Shown here one piece after another: positions 18,591 through 27,984 of a DNA stretch of 64,000 bases (the stretch's first letter is position 1; the number at the start of each line of letters is the position of its first letter). The DNA lies in assembly GCA_049975525.1 (NCBI GenBank), contig JBNGCW010000011.1, forward strand, positions 45,623 to 109,622. Reading direction: 5' to 3'. The position numbers were made by a program, and so were the translations under genes. The DNA is from Anaerolineae bacterium (GTDB lineage Bacteria > Chloroflexota > Anaerolineae > B4-G1 > SLSP01). The notes under the pieces were generated by a model that saw only the letters and a list, made by a program, of their open reading frames with translations, was not told where the DNA came from and made no database searches.

Positions 18591-20216
18591 GTGGATCTCA
18601 AAACAGCCTCCTGGTGGGACGCACTAGAGAAGCCGTGGCCCGGCACGCTGCACCTCCACGTGCGCGGGCGTAGCATGCTGCCTACCCTCCGCCCTGGCGA
18701 CGAGATCGTGGTGGAATCGGTCGCCCCCGAAGATCTCCGGCGGGGGGACTGGATCGTCGTCCGAGTCTCACAACAACTCCTGGTGCATCGTCTGCTTGAC
18801 TTCACACGCGAAGGAAGCCTGCTCACCAAAGGAGACGCGCAACGGGCTCCCGATCCTCCCTGTGCCCCCCAAGATGTGCTGGGGAAAGTCACCGCTTTGA
18901 AACGCGAGGGTAAAATAATACCGTTGCATCCTCAGAGCGCGAGTGAGAAAATCAAAACACTCTGGCATCTTATCCTGGCCAGAACCTGGTTGGGACTGAG
19001 GGGGATCGATCTGCTGATGTACAGCCTGCTGATCATCAGCCCACTCCTGTTGCCGATCCTCGTCCTCGCGTCCGTCGACCTGCTTTACTTTGAGGCAGAG
19101 GCACAGAGCAACCGGATTTACCTCACCTGGGAGACGGCCAGCGAGACCAATATGCTGGGCTTTTACGTCCAGCGCTCTCAAGAAGAGGATGCCGGATATC
19201 AACGTATCTCCGAGCTGATTCCGGCCGTGGGAGATATTGCCGGCGCTTTCTACGATTTTACCGATAGCGACATAAGCCGGGAGACGCTTTACTACTACAA
19301 ACTGGAGGCTGTGGAGACCGACAACAGCGCCGAGCTGCACGGACCGATCTCCGCCTGCCTGGGGTGTCCGACGCCAACGCCCACCCACACACCCACGCCT
19401 TCCGCAACGCCCACTTCCACCTCGACGCCGACCCCCTCCCCAAGCCCTACCGGGGAGAGCACCTCGGAGCCAGGGCAACCGACCTCCACTTTCACACCTA
19501 CACCAACGCCCGAACCCGGCGCGCCCACAGCCGTCCCTTCGGTTTACCTGCGCTTCTGGGCCGACGCCACCAGCCTCGACGCCGGTCAGTGCACCACGCT
19601 GCGCTGGCAGACGGATAACGCAGCCCGTGTCGAGCTCAACGGGGAAGGCGTGCCGGGCGGCTACAGCGAGGAGCGGGTCTGTCCCTGCACCGATCAGACC
19701 TACACGCTGCGCGCCGTCGGTCATGACGGGGACATCGAAGAAAGTACCATCTCACTAGACATCAGTGGCGCCTGCACACCCGTGCCGCCCGGCAGCACCG
19801 CCACACCGACGCGCACGCCGCGCCCGACCCAGACCTCCACCTCACGCCCCCCGCGCACCCACGCCGCCGCGACGGCGACGCCGCGACCGACCGAAACGCC
19901 CCGTGACGCGCAGACCGCCGCGACGCCGACGCCGTCGCCCACCGCCCATGCCGACTCCCCCCTGTCAACGCCGCAAACCGTCACGACCACGTCAACCCCG
20001 TCCCCCGAGCTCTCATCTTCGTCCACGCTCACCATCGCCGGGGGTCTGCCGACGCGCGCCCCCGCCCCCATCGGTCAGAGTGACATCCAGAACGTGAACA
20101 CACGTTCCGGCCGCGCGCCCGGCTGGCTCATCATCACGCTCATCAGTGGCACCGGCTTGATCGGCGCGGGCGGCTGGGGCATCTGGCGCGCCTGGAAGGA
20201 GAGAGAGGGCGCATGA
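18591..20216 (+). CDS. SipW-like ER/archaeal-type signal peptidase (S26B) fused to TM segments, FN3/Ig-like domains, Pro/Thr linkers and a C-terminal TM anchor
   Basis: GRSMLPTL...GDEIVV...GDWIVV...VHRLL matches the Ser/His-dyad SipW/Sec11 pattern, with no catalytic Lys box. The C-terminus is hydrophobic with a basic tail. The GTG start lies 3 nt after the upstream stop. Confidence 0.6.
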   Translation: MDLKTASWWDALEKPWPGTLHLHVRGRSMLPTLRPGDEIVVESVAPEDLRRGDWIVVRVSQQLLVHRLLDFTREGSLLTKGDAQRAPDPPCAPQDVLGKVTALKREGKIIPLHPQSASEKIKTLWHLILARTWLGLRGIDLLMYSLLIISPLLLPILVLASVDLLYFEAEAQSNRIYLTWETASETNMLGFYVQRSQEEDAGYQRISELIPAVGDIAGAFYDFTDSDISRETLYYYKLEAVETDNSAELHGPISACLGCPTPTPTHTPTPSATPTSTSTPTPSPSPTGESTSEPGQPTSTFTPTPTPEPGAPTAVPSVYLRFWADATSLDAGQCTTLRWQTDNAARVELNGEGVPGGYSEERVCPCTDQTYTLRAVGHDGDIEESTISLDISGACTPVPPGSTATPTRTPRPTQTSTSRPPRTHAAATATPRPTETPRDAQTAATPTPSPTAHADSPLSTPQTVTTTSTPSPELSSSSTLTIAGGLPTRAPAPIGQSDIQNVNTRSGRAPGWLIITLISGTGLIGAGGWGIWRAWKEREGA

Positions 20217-22213
20217 GACGCGGGCTCGTCCTGCTCCTGGTCATCTTGATCAGCGGCTGCACTGCCCAGGCCGCCGACCCGCCGACCGCCTCTCCGTCAG
20301 GCGTCTGGTTCGTGGAGCTGGCGCAGACAGGCGCAACCTGGCTTTCGCCGCAGACGCTGCGTGACCTGGGCCTGGACACCGACGCCGCGCCCGCGCTGCG
20401 CCTCAGCATGGGCGCGCGCGATCTGCCCTATCTCCCCCTGCCCGCCCGCCGGGGCTGGGGCGTGCTCTTCTTCGCTCCCAACGGCACAACGCGCTACACT
20501 AAACGCACCGTCGTCCGGCTGGAACCCGGCGTCGCAGGCGACCGCATGCCCTCCCAACCCGCCGAGACCACCGCCTCACCGGCGCCCGCCCTTGCGACGG
20601 TCACCTGGGAGCAGGACATCCGCTATCTCCCGCAGGCCACCGCCGACGTGCCCTGGCTCTGGGAACCCATCTACACGCCCGGCGCTTTGGAGCAGACCGT
20701 CGTGCTCACCGACGCGCAGCCCGGCCCCATCACCGCGATGGTGCGCCTCTGGAGCCACACTGGCTTCCAGCCGCAACCCGACCACCGCGCCGTGCTCGCC
20801 TGGGAGGGCACCCCCGTCGGAGAGTGGACGTGGAGCGGGCAGGGCATGCAGACGCTCACCGCCACCTGGCCTCTCGAAGAGAGCGGCGGCGAGCACACCC
20901 TGACCCTGCAGACCCCGGCCCTGGTCGAGGACAAAGTCGCCGTCGTCTGGATCGACGGCTGGGAGATCACCTACCCGCGCCGGGTGACCCAGGGCGTCTA
21001 CACGGCAGCCGGTGACGCGCTGCGCGCGTCGCCCCAGGCCCGCGTACTCGACGTGACCGACCCCTTCGCGCCGCTGGATCTCGGCGCCGTCCCGGAAAAC
21101 GGCGTCATCGGCACGCTGCGCGGGCACCGCTACTGGATCGGCTCGCCGGAGCAGGCTCAGACGCCCGTGTCCCTGCGTCCCGCCGCGCTACTGGATACCG
21201 CCGCCCTCAGCGCGACGGAGTACCTGGTCATCGCGCCGCCCGCCTTCCGGCCGCCGATTCAACCTCTGGTCGATCACAGGAAGGCTTCCGGCCTCAACGT
21301 GGCCGTGGTCTCACCCCAGTCCATCTACGACACCTTGGGAACCGGGCAACCCGACCCCGCGTCCCTGCGCGCCTTGATCCAGACGCTACCCGACCTGCGC
21401 TACGCACTGCTGGTCGGCGACGCGACCACAGAGCCCTGGGGCTACGACGGCGAGGACGGCGCCCTGCGCGTCGTCACGCCCTTCACGCGCACCACCGTGC
21501 TCGGCGAGACGCCCGCCGACGCCCTCCTGGGCACAGACGCGACCGGACATCCGCGCGTGGCCGTGGGTCGCTTCCCCGCCGCAAGCGTCGCCGAGGTCGA
21601 GGCCATGGTGGCGAAGACACTGGCCTGGGAAGCGAACGCCGCCGAGGCCTCATCCGTGCTCCTCAACGACGACGAACAGGAGTTCGTCAGCGCGGTGGAT
21701 GCGCTGACCGCCCTGCTCCCAGAGGGAGATGATGCGCCGCGCCTGGACGCCGGCGACCCGACGTGCCGCGACACGCTGCTGAGCACGTTGAGCGACGGGC
21801 CTCGCGTGCTCACCTACGTCGGACACGGCAGCTTGCGCCAGCTGGGCGATGAGGGTGTGCTGCTGATCGAGGATGGGGCTATGTGGGACGATCCCTCGGT
21901 CGTCGTGGCATGGACCTGTCTCGCGGCACACTTCACCCACACGCGCCAGCCCTCCATGGCCGAGGTCTGGCTGGCGCAGCCGCAGGGTGGCGTGGCGGCG
22001 TTTCTTGGTCCCGTCGGCGAGACGACGACGTTTGAACAAAAACCCTATGCCGCCGCTTTCTACGCGGCGCTGCAGGAGACGCCCCGGCTGGGCGACGCCT
22101 GGCTGACCGCGCTCCAGACCCCAGGCTCGCGCGACGTGCGCTGGGGCTTCACCATCCTGGGCGATCCAGCCTTGCACCTCCCCGGCACGTCGGCGCCCGA
22201 GCGATCCCCATAA
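20213..22213 (+). CDS. Peptidase C25 family lipoprotein (paralog of 15441..18587)
   Basis: The ATGA start overlaps the upstream stop. Lipobox LLLVILISGC. His in YVGHGS and Cys in AWTCLAAHF. The N-terminal domain is paralogous to the first C25 protein. Confidence 0.75.
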   Translation: MRRGLVLLLVILISGCTAQAADPPTASPSGVWFVELAQTGATWLSPQTLRDLGLDTDAAPALRLSMGARDLPYLPLPARRGWGVLFFAPNGTTRYTKRTVVRLEPGVAGDRMPSQPAETTASPAPALATVTWEQDIRYLPQATADVPWLWEPIYTPGALEQTVVLTDAQPGPITAMVRLWSHTGFQPQPDHRAVLAWEGTPVGEWTWSGQGMQTLTATWPLEESGGEHTLTLQTPALVEDKVAVVWIDGWEITYPRRVTQGVYTAAGDALRASPQARVLDVTDPFAPLDLGAVPENGVIGTLRGHRYWIGSPEQAQTPVSLRPAALLDTAALSATEYLVIAPPAFRPPIQPLVDHRKASGLNVAVVSPQSIYDTLGTGQPDPASLRALIQTLPDLRYALLVGDATTEPWGYDGEDGALRVVTPFTRTTVLGETPADALLGTDATGHPRVAVGRFPAASVAEVEAMVAKTLAWEANAAEASSVLLNDDEQEFVSAVDALTALLPEGDDAPRLDAGDPTCRDTLLSTLSDGPRVLTYVGHGSLRQLGDEGVLLIEDGAMWDDPSVVVAWTCLAAHFTHTRQPSMAEVWLAQPQGGVAAFLGPVGETTTFEQKPYAAAFYAALQETPRLGDAWLTALQTPGSRDVRWGFTILGDPALHLPGTSAPERSP

Positions 22214-22229
22214 CAACAGAAAGGTTATC

Positions 22230-23012
22230 ATGAACGAACAACTCTCCGGTGAAGAGCGACAAGTCGCGCCGCACACAGGCCCCACCATTGACGGCGCGCC
22301 CGTCTCATACGTGGTCACCGCTGCGAGCATCGTACTGGCCCTGGCCTTCGTCCCACTCTCCATCGTGCTCACTTCGGGGAAGAGCTTCCCCCTGAGCCAA
22401 AGCGTCTACCCGCTGATGGGCTGGCTGCTGGGACCGGTCGCCGGCGCGGTGGCCAACGCCGTAGGCGCGCTGGTGGGGGTGATGCTGGCGCCCCACACGA
22501 CGACGATGCCCGTCGCCACGGTGCTGGGCGCAGCCTTGGGCGGGTTAGCCGCCGGCGCCATGACGGTCGAAAAGGAGCGCCGTTGGTGGTGGCTACCCCT
22601 TTCCCTTCTCTTCATGGGGGCTTACGGCCTGTACGGCGTGCGCGCCATCGTCCAGAACGGCGCCGCCTGGTATGCCGTGCTCCTCGGCTCTTTCATCAAC
22701 TGGTCGGCGCTGCTGCTCTTCGTCCTGCCGACGCGCCGATGGATCGGACGCCGGCTGCAATCCAGGGATTTAAGGCGCCTCGGCGCGGCGCTCTTCCTGG
22801 GCACCTGGAGCGCCGCCGGCCTGACGCATCTGAGCACGGCCACCGTGGTTTACTTCTTCTCGAACTGGCCCAACGAAGTGTGGCTGGCGATCGCACCGCT
22901 GGCGCCTTTCGAACACCTGATCCGCGCCTTTGTAGGCACCGTCATCGGCGTCGGTGTGATCAGCGGCCTGCGGGCCACCAGCCTGGTCAAAGCGTTGCAC
23001 GCCGTCTACTGA
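22230..23012 (+). CDS. Polytopic membrane protein, unknown function
   Basis: About 6-7 TM helices. Lies directly downstream of the C25 module. Confidence 0.5.
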   Translation: MNEQLSGEERQVAPHTGPTIDGAPVSYVVTAASIVLALAFVPLSIVLTSGKSFPLSQSVYPLMGWLLGPVAGAVANAVGALVGVMLAPHTTTMPVATVLGAALGGLAAGAMTVEKERRWWWLPLSLLFMGAYGLYGVRAIVQNGAAWYAVLLGSFINWSALLLFVLPTRRWIGRRLQSRDLRRLGAALFLGTWSAAGLTHLSTATVVYFFSNWPNEVWLAIAPLAPFEHLIRAFVGTVIGVGVISGLRATSLVKALHAVY

Positions 23013-23015
23013 TCC

Positions 23016-23747
23016 ATGTTTACTGCCGCCGTGATGACCGACGCGCACGCTAACCTACCTGCCCTGGAGGCAGCCCTGGACGTCATCTGCCGGATAGGCT
23101 ACGACGTCCTCTATCACACCGGCGACGCCATCGGGATCGGGCCTCATCCCCGCGAGACGTTGGAGTTGCTGCTGGAGACCCCGCGCGCCCACCTGCTGAT
23201 GGGCAATCACGAATTGCGGTATCTCAACGGGATGCCAAGGGAGCAGCCGGATGCCATGACGGATCTGGAGTTCCAGCACGTACGTTGGATGCAGCGTGTA
23301 CTGGGGCCGGACTACCGCACTGCGGTGCGGAGGTTTCCCCGTCGGATCGAGCGTACGATCTACGGGCGACGGCTCTGCTTCCTACACTACGCGCCGGGCG
23401 GCGACCGCTGGGACCTGCATCCGGTGGTCGAGCATCCCACCCCGGCGCAACTGGATGCCATGTTCGCCGGGTGCCACGCGGACCTGGTCTTCTACGGGCA
23501 CCACCACCCGCCGGCCGATCACACGGGCCGCGCACGGTACATCAATCCCGGCGCGCTGGGCTGTTCGGTCGACGGACGGGCGCGTTTCGTCCTGCTGCAC
23601 GTGGCGGAAGACGGAACCTACAGGCTGGAGAAGCGCACGGTGCTCTACAACCGCCAGGCCGTCCTGCAGGATCTGGAACGCCGCCGGGTGCCGGGGCAGG
23701 CCTTCATCTCCGAGGCTTTCTTTGGATCCAACAAGCGACCCAACTAA
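23016..23747 (+). CDS. Metallophosphoesterase (calcineurin-like)
   Basis: DAHAN...GD...GNHE metal-binding motifs are present. Confidence 0.8.
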   Translation: MFTAAVMTDAHANLPALEAALDVICRIGYDVLYHTGDAIGIGPHPRETLELLLETPRAHLLMGNHELRYLNGMPREQPDAMTDLEFQHVRWMQRVLGPDYRTAVRRFPRRIERTIYGRRLCFLHYAPGGDRWDLHPVVEHPTPAQLDAMFAGCHADLVFYGHHHPPADHTGRARYINPGALGCSVDGRARFVLLHVAEDGTYRLEKRTVLYNRQAVLQDLERRRVPGQAFISEAFFGSNKRPN

Positions 23748-23780
23748 AAAAGATGGAAAATTTGAATCTACTTAAAATAA

Positions 23781-23882
23781 CTTTTTCAGTAGAGAAAGGG
23801 ATACTATATGTTGTGGTTAGACTGCGTCCAACCACAACATATACCTCATATTTCTCCGGCTGACCCTTTTTTCAGGGCAGCC
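23781..23882. repeat. About 100-bp palindromic intergenic element, copy 1 (13-bp perfect inverted repeat ATATGTTGTGGTT/AACCACAACATAT)
   Basis: About 88% identical to 28548-28650. Internal and terminal inverted repeats. Non-coding: an indel between copies breaks any reading frame. Confidence 0.65.
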
Positions 23883-23945
23883 AAATTTGAAATTACGCCA
23901 TCCAACGCTCCCCCCTCTATCCATTCGATCACGCCTGACGGAACA

Positions 23946-26300
23946 CTACGTTTCTTCTCGCCCCAAGGCACAGTGGAGGCGCCAGCGGCTGGCCTTCTTG
24001 CGCAGCTGCCGACCCAGCAGAACGCGCTCCAGCGTCGCGGGGGCCTCGTGCAACCGCCGACCGGTAGCGTGAGCGATGGCGTTGAGCAGCGCAGGCGCCG
24101 TGGGGATCATCACCGGTTCCGCCAGGTTCTTCGCGCCAAAGGGCCCGTGCTCCCAGCGCGTCTCCACAAAGTGCGCTTCGATTTCCGGCGCATCCACCGA
24201 GGTAGGGATGAGGTAGGTATCGTAGTTGACATCTCTGGGGTAGCCGTGGTCAAAGGTGAACTCCTCCAGCAGCCCGTAGCCCAATCCCTGGACCACCCCC
24301 CCGTACATCTGTCCGTAGGCGCCGATGGGGAAGAGCAGCTGTCCGCCGTCGTGAGCAGCCCAGATCCCTAACACCTGCACCTTGCCCGTCCCCAGATCGA
24401 CCTCCACCTCCGCCACCTGCGCACCGAAGGAGTAGGTGCTGTAGGGTTTCCCCTGTCCGGTCTGCATGTCCCAGTGAATCTCAGGCATGTCCCAACGCCC
24501 CGTGGTGTGCAGCTCGAGGCCCAGGGCGCGTGCGTGCGCGGTCACGTCCTCAAAGGTCACAGGCTCCTCCGACGGACCGATGAATTGCTCACCGTGACGG
24601 ACAATCTGCTCCGGCTGACAACCGAGCAGGTCGGCGGCGACGTTGTGCAGCAATCGGCGCAGCTGCTCAGCGGCGACGCGCGTGGCGTTCCCCCCGAGGA
24701 TCGAGGCACGGCTGGCGACCGTAGGCCCGGAGTCACGGGCCGTCTCCGTGTCGGGACGGGGCATGTGGATACGCGCCACGTCCACGCCCAGCACCTCCGC
24801 CGCGACCAGGGGAAAGACTGTACGGGAGCCCTGTCCGTAGTCCGTGAGGCCCGATGTAAGGGTGAGGGAGTTGTCGGGGTTGACGGTCAACGTGCTCACG
24901 GCGAAGTCGGCGCCTTCGGCACCCAGGGAAGTGCCGTGGTGAATGCAAGCGACGCCGATCCCTCGACGGCGTTCGGCGTCGGACGGCTGTTGGGCGTACG
25001 CCGCCCGCTTGCGGTCCCAATCAGAGGCCGCCCGGACCCACTCCAACGCCTGGATCAGTCCCACCTCGAAATCCAGGACGTTCCCTGTAGCCGCGCGGTC
25101 GCCCTCACGCAGCGCGTTGCGCAGGCGGAAGTCGAGAGGATCCATCCCCAGCTGCTCCGCCAGCTCGTCGACGGCCCGCTCTATGATGAGGGCGGCGTCG
25201 GTGTTACCGAAGCCACGGAAGGCTCCGCTCCAGCCGTTGTTGGTGTAAACTGTGTAAACGTCGATGTGGGCGGCCTTGTAACGGTAGGCTCCGGCTGCAT
25301 GCATGGCCGCCCGCCAACCGATAAAAGGGCTGGCGGCAGAATAAGCACCGTTATCCATCAGCAGCTCGACCTTGGCCGCCTGCAGCCTGCCGTCGCGAGT
25401 CGCTGCCAGGCGCACCGTCCCCCGTGTCGGCTCGCGCTTGTAGGAGGCGATCATGGACTCCTCGCGGGTGACGATCAACCGAACGGGGCGGCCCGCTTTG
25501 AGAGCCAGGGCCGCCGCCTGTCCCGACGTCTCGTAGCAGATGTCATCTTTGCCGCCGAAGGCGCCGCCCACAAAGGCCGAGACAACGCGTACTTTCTCCT
25601 GGGGCAAGCCCAACACGCGCATCAGCGTGTTACGGTTGACGAAGGGAGATTGGTCATCGGCGTAGACGATGACTCCCCCTTCCGGCGTAGGCAGAGCGAC
25701 CGCGCCCTCCGGCTCGATATAGGCGTGCTCCTGGCGGGGCGTGGTGAAGTGCCCCTCGTAGACGACATCGGCCTCGGCAAAGAGAGGGTCAGGTTCGCCG
25801 TTGCGCACAATGTTGTGGGCGGCGAGATTGCCACGCGGCAACTCCTCCGCATCCCAGCCTGTGGGGCCCACCAGAGGAGCGTCGGGCTCCAACGCCGCCT
25901 CCGCATCAAAGACGCCGGGTAACGGTTCCAGCTCCAGGACGATGGCGCGCAGCCCGGCCTCGGCGGCCTCCGGAGTCTCGGCGGCCACGGCGGCGATGGC
26001 CTCGCCCACGTAGCGCACCCGCTCGTGAGCCAAGATGTAGTTGTCGGCGATGGGGAAGCCGTAGCTGCCGTGATCCACAAAATCCTCCGAGGTGATGGCG
26101 GCGATGACACCGGGCACCTCCAAGGCGGGCGTCACGTCCAACTTAACGATGCGCGCGTGGGGCAGCGGGCTGCGCAACACCCTGGCGTGCAACATGTTGG
26201 GGAAGTAGTAATCGCCCACGAAACGCGCGCGCCCGGTCACTTTTTCCACCGCGTCCAGGCGGCGGCTGTGCTTACCGATGTAGCGGGTTTCGTCCATCAT
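23946..26300 (-). CDS. Xanthine dehydrogenase/aldehyde oxidase family molybdopterin-binding large subunit
   Basis: The N-terminus RYIGKHSRRLDAVEKVTGRARFVGDY is typical of the CoxL/XdhB family. AGGAGG RBS. The ATGA start overlaps the upstream gene's stop. The true start is the internal Met of the 809-aa ORF. Confidence 0.85.
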   Translation of the reverse strand: MMDETRYIGKHSRRLDAVEKVTGRARFVGDYYFPNMLHARVLRSPLPHARIVKLDVTPALEVPGVIAAITSEDFVDHGSYGFPIADNYILAHERVRYVGEAIAAVAAETPEAAEAGLRAIVLELEPLPGVFDAEAALEPDAPLVGPTGWDAEELPRGNLAAHNIVRNGEPDPLFAEADVVYEGHFTTPRQEHAYIEPEGAVALPTPEGGVIVYADDQSPFVNRNTLMRVLGLPQEKVRVVSAFVGGAFGGKDDICYETSGQAAALALKAGRPVRLIVTREESMIASYKREPTRGTVRLAATRDGRLQAAKVELLMDNGAYSAASPFIGWRAAMHAAGAYRYKAAHIDVYTVYTNNGWSGAFRGFGNTDAALIIERAVDELAEQLGMDPLDFRLRNALREGDRAATGNVLDFEVGLIQALEWVRAASDWDRKRAAYAQQPSDAERRRGIGVACIHHGTSLGAEGADFAVSTLTVNPDNSLTLTSGLTDYGQGSRTVFPLVAAEVLGVDVARIHMPRPDTETARDSGPTVASRASILGGNATRVAAEQLRRLLHNVAADLLGCQPEQIVRHGEQFIGPSEEPVTFEDVTAHARALGLELHTTGRWDMPEIHWDMQTGQGKPYSTYSFGAQVAEVEVDLGTGKVQVLGIWAAHDGGQLLFPIGAYGQMYGGVVQGLGYGLLEEFTFDHGYPRDVNYDTYLIPTSVDAPEIEAHFVETRWEHGPFGAKNLAEPVMIPTAPALLNAIAHATGRRLHEAPATLERVLLGRQLRKKASRWRLHCALGREET

Positions 26301-27754
26301 CAGGCCTCCTTTTCGGTTCTGCGTTGGGCTGCGGTGGCTTCGATAGCGTCCACGATCTGCCGATAACCGGTGCAACGGCAGAGGTTGCCGGCGATGGCGT
26401 AGCGGATCTCCTCACGGGTGGGACGCAAGTTACGGGCCAGCAGCGCTTCGGCGGAGAGCAACATACCGGGGATGCAGATGCCGCACTGCACCGCACCGTG
26501 GTCGATGAACGCCTGCTGCAGATCGGTCAACCCACCGTCAGGGCCGCGCATGCCTTCGACGGTCACCACCCGACGCCCGTCGGCCTGATGGGCCAACGTC
26601 AGGCAGCTGAGCACGGCCTCGTCGTCGAGGAGCACTGTGCAGGCGCCACACTCCCCGCTGTTGCAGCCCTCTTTCGCGGAAAGCGCCCCAAAGGTGTCCC
26701 GCAACACGGTAAGCAGGCTCAGCCCCACCGGCACCTCGGCACTCACCTCCTCGCCGTTGAGGGTGAAACTGAGGCATTGAGGCGGTCCCTCGTGGACGAT
26801 CCGGGTGTGAACTTGTTGCGCCGGCTCGGGCGGCTGCGCCGCCACCGTCTCCTCCGGTGGACGGTGCAGATGCTCCATCAGCACCAGCCGCTGGGCATCG
26901 GCTGCCTCAGCGTCGGCGGCGAAGACGTACGCCAGCGCACGCCGGGTCAGGGTAACGATGACCGGCTCCTTGTAGTCGGTGGACCAGCGCCGACCGGAGA
27001 TCTCGATCATCAGCGCCGCCATCTGCCGTCCGGCGGCCTCGAAAAGCGCCGACTCCGGGCGCCGGCCCAACAGCCGCTCCTCGACCTCGGTGACGCGACG
27101 GGTGTGCCTGAGGGCCGCCCCAGGGACCAGGCGCACCTCGGCGATGCGTCCGGCGTCGTCCAGACGGCCCACGGCGCTCATGGAGAGGCGGGCGATGTTG
27201 AGAGCATTGCGCCGTCCCACCTTGAGGAAGACACTGCGGCCCTCGGGGGGGCGGAAGTGGAAGCCTGTGATGATCTCCCCTGGCTGCAGCGTATGACGGC
27301 CCGGCCCCGTGATGAGCTTATCGAGAGGCGTTTCACGTTTCCCCTGCAAGCCAACAACCTCGGCCAGCGCGTCCAGCGCGATGAGCGCGGGCAGACTGTC
27401 GGCGGCAAGGGCGGCGTTGGCGATATTACCACCGATAGTGCCCATGTTGCGCAGCTGGACGGCGCCGGCTTCAGCGGCCATCTGCACCAGGAGGGGGGCG
27501 TGCTCGCGGATCAGGGGATGAGCCAACAACATCCCAAAGGTGACGTTGGCGCCGATAAAGAGCTCGTCATCGCGCCACTCAATACGGCGCAACTCGGGAA
27601 TCTGCCCCACATCCACAATGCGGTCGCAGGTGAACTCCCCACGCCGCAACTGAATCATAAAATCCGTGCCCCCGGCCAGCAACCGCGAACAAACGTTCGG
27701 TTCGTTGTGCAGGGCGAGGGCCTCGTCGACGCTCTTTGCGCGACAATATTCCAT
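26300..27754 (-). CDS. Fused FAD-binding (CoxM-like) + [2Fe-2S] (CoxS-like) subunit of the molybdo-oxidoreductase
   Basis: N-terminal FAD-binding molybdopterin dehydrogenase motif LLAGGTDF. C-terminal 2Fe-2S cysteine motifs (CNSGECGACTV and CGICIPGM). Confidence 0.8.
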   Translation of the reverse strand: MEYCRAKSVDEALALHNEPNVCSRLLAGGTDFMIQLRRGEFTCDRIVDVGQIPELRRIEWRDDELFIGANVTFGMLLAHPLIREHAPLLVQMAAEAGAVQLRNMGTIGGNIANAALAADSLPALIALDALAEVVGLQGKRETPLDKLITGPGRHTLQPGEIITGFHFRPPEGRSVFLKVGRRNALNIARLSMSAVGRLDDAGRIAEVRLVPGAALRHTRRVTEVEERLLGRRPESALFEAAGRQMAALMIEISGRRWSTDYKEPVIVTLTRRALAYVFAADAEAADAQRLVLMEHLHRPPEETVAAQPPEPAQQVHTRIVHEGPPQCLSFTLNGEEVSAEVPVGLSLLTVLRDTFGALSAKEGCNSGECGACTVLLDDEAVLSCLTLAHQADGRRVVTVEGMRGPDGGLTDLQQAFIDHGAVQCGICIPGMLLSAEALLARNLRPTREEIRYAIAGNLCRCTGYRQIVDAIEATAAQRRTEKEA

Positions 27755-27984
27755 AGCATAACCTCCAACAACTACGTTCCGTCTCCGGATATTTAACGGT
27801 TAGCAGGGGGAACCCCTTATCATTATAGCCCCTTTGGAAGAGAAATAAAACAAGATGTTAGACATCTGATAAAAGCAGCGCATCAAAACCCCCCGACTGA
27901 CCAGGGAAAAAGAGGAACGTCAGGAAGCACCTCGGCGTTCTAAGGGTAGATCACGCTGAGAACATTCACAGAGGAGATTTAAAT

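Noticed and set aside
22230-23012. Assigning the 6-TM protein as an ECF-transporter S component
   Set aside because: Only the size and TM count are reminiscent. No signature motif was recognisable, so it is left as a hypothetical membrane protein.
23808-24371. ORFs beginning MLWLDCVQPQHIPHI / MLWFGCAQPQHIPHI (also 28530..28955)
   Set aside because: Their shared N-termini are translations of the conserved 100-bp repeat. An indel between the copies changes the frame, and the remainder overlaps real genes on the opposite strand.
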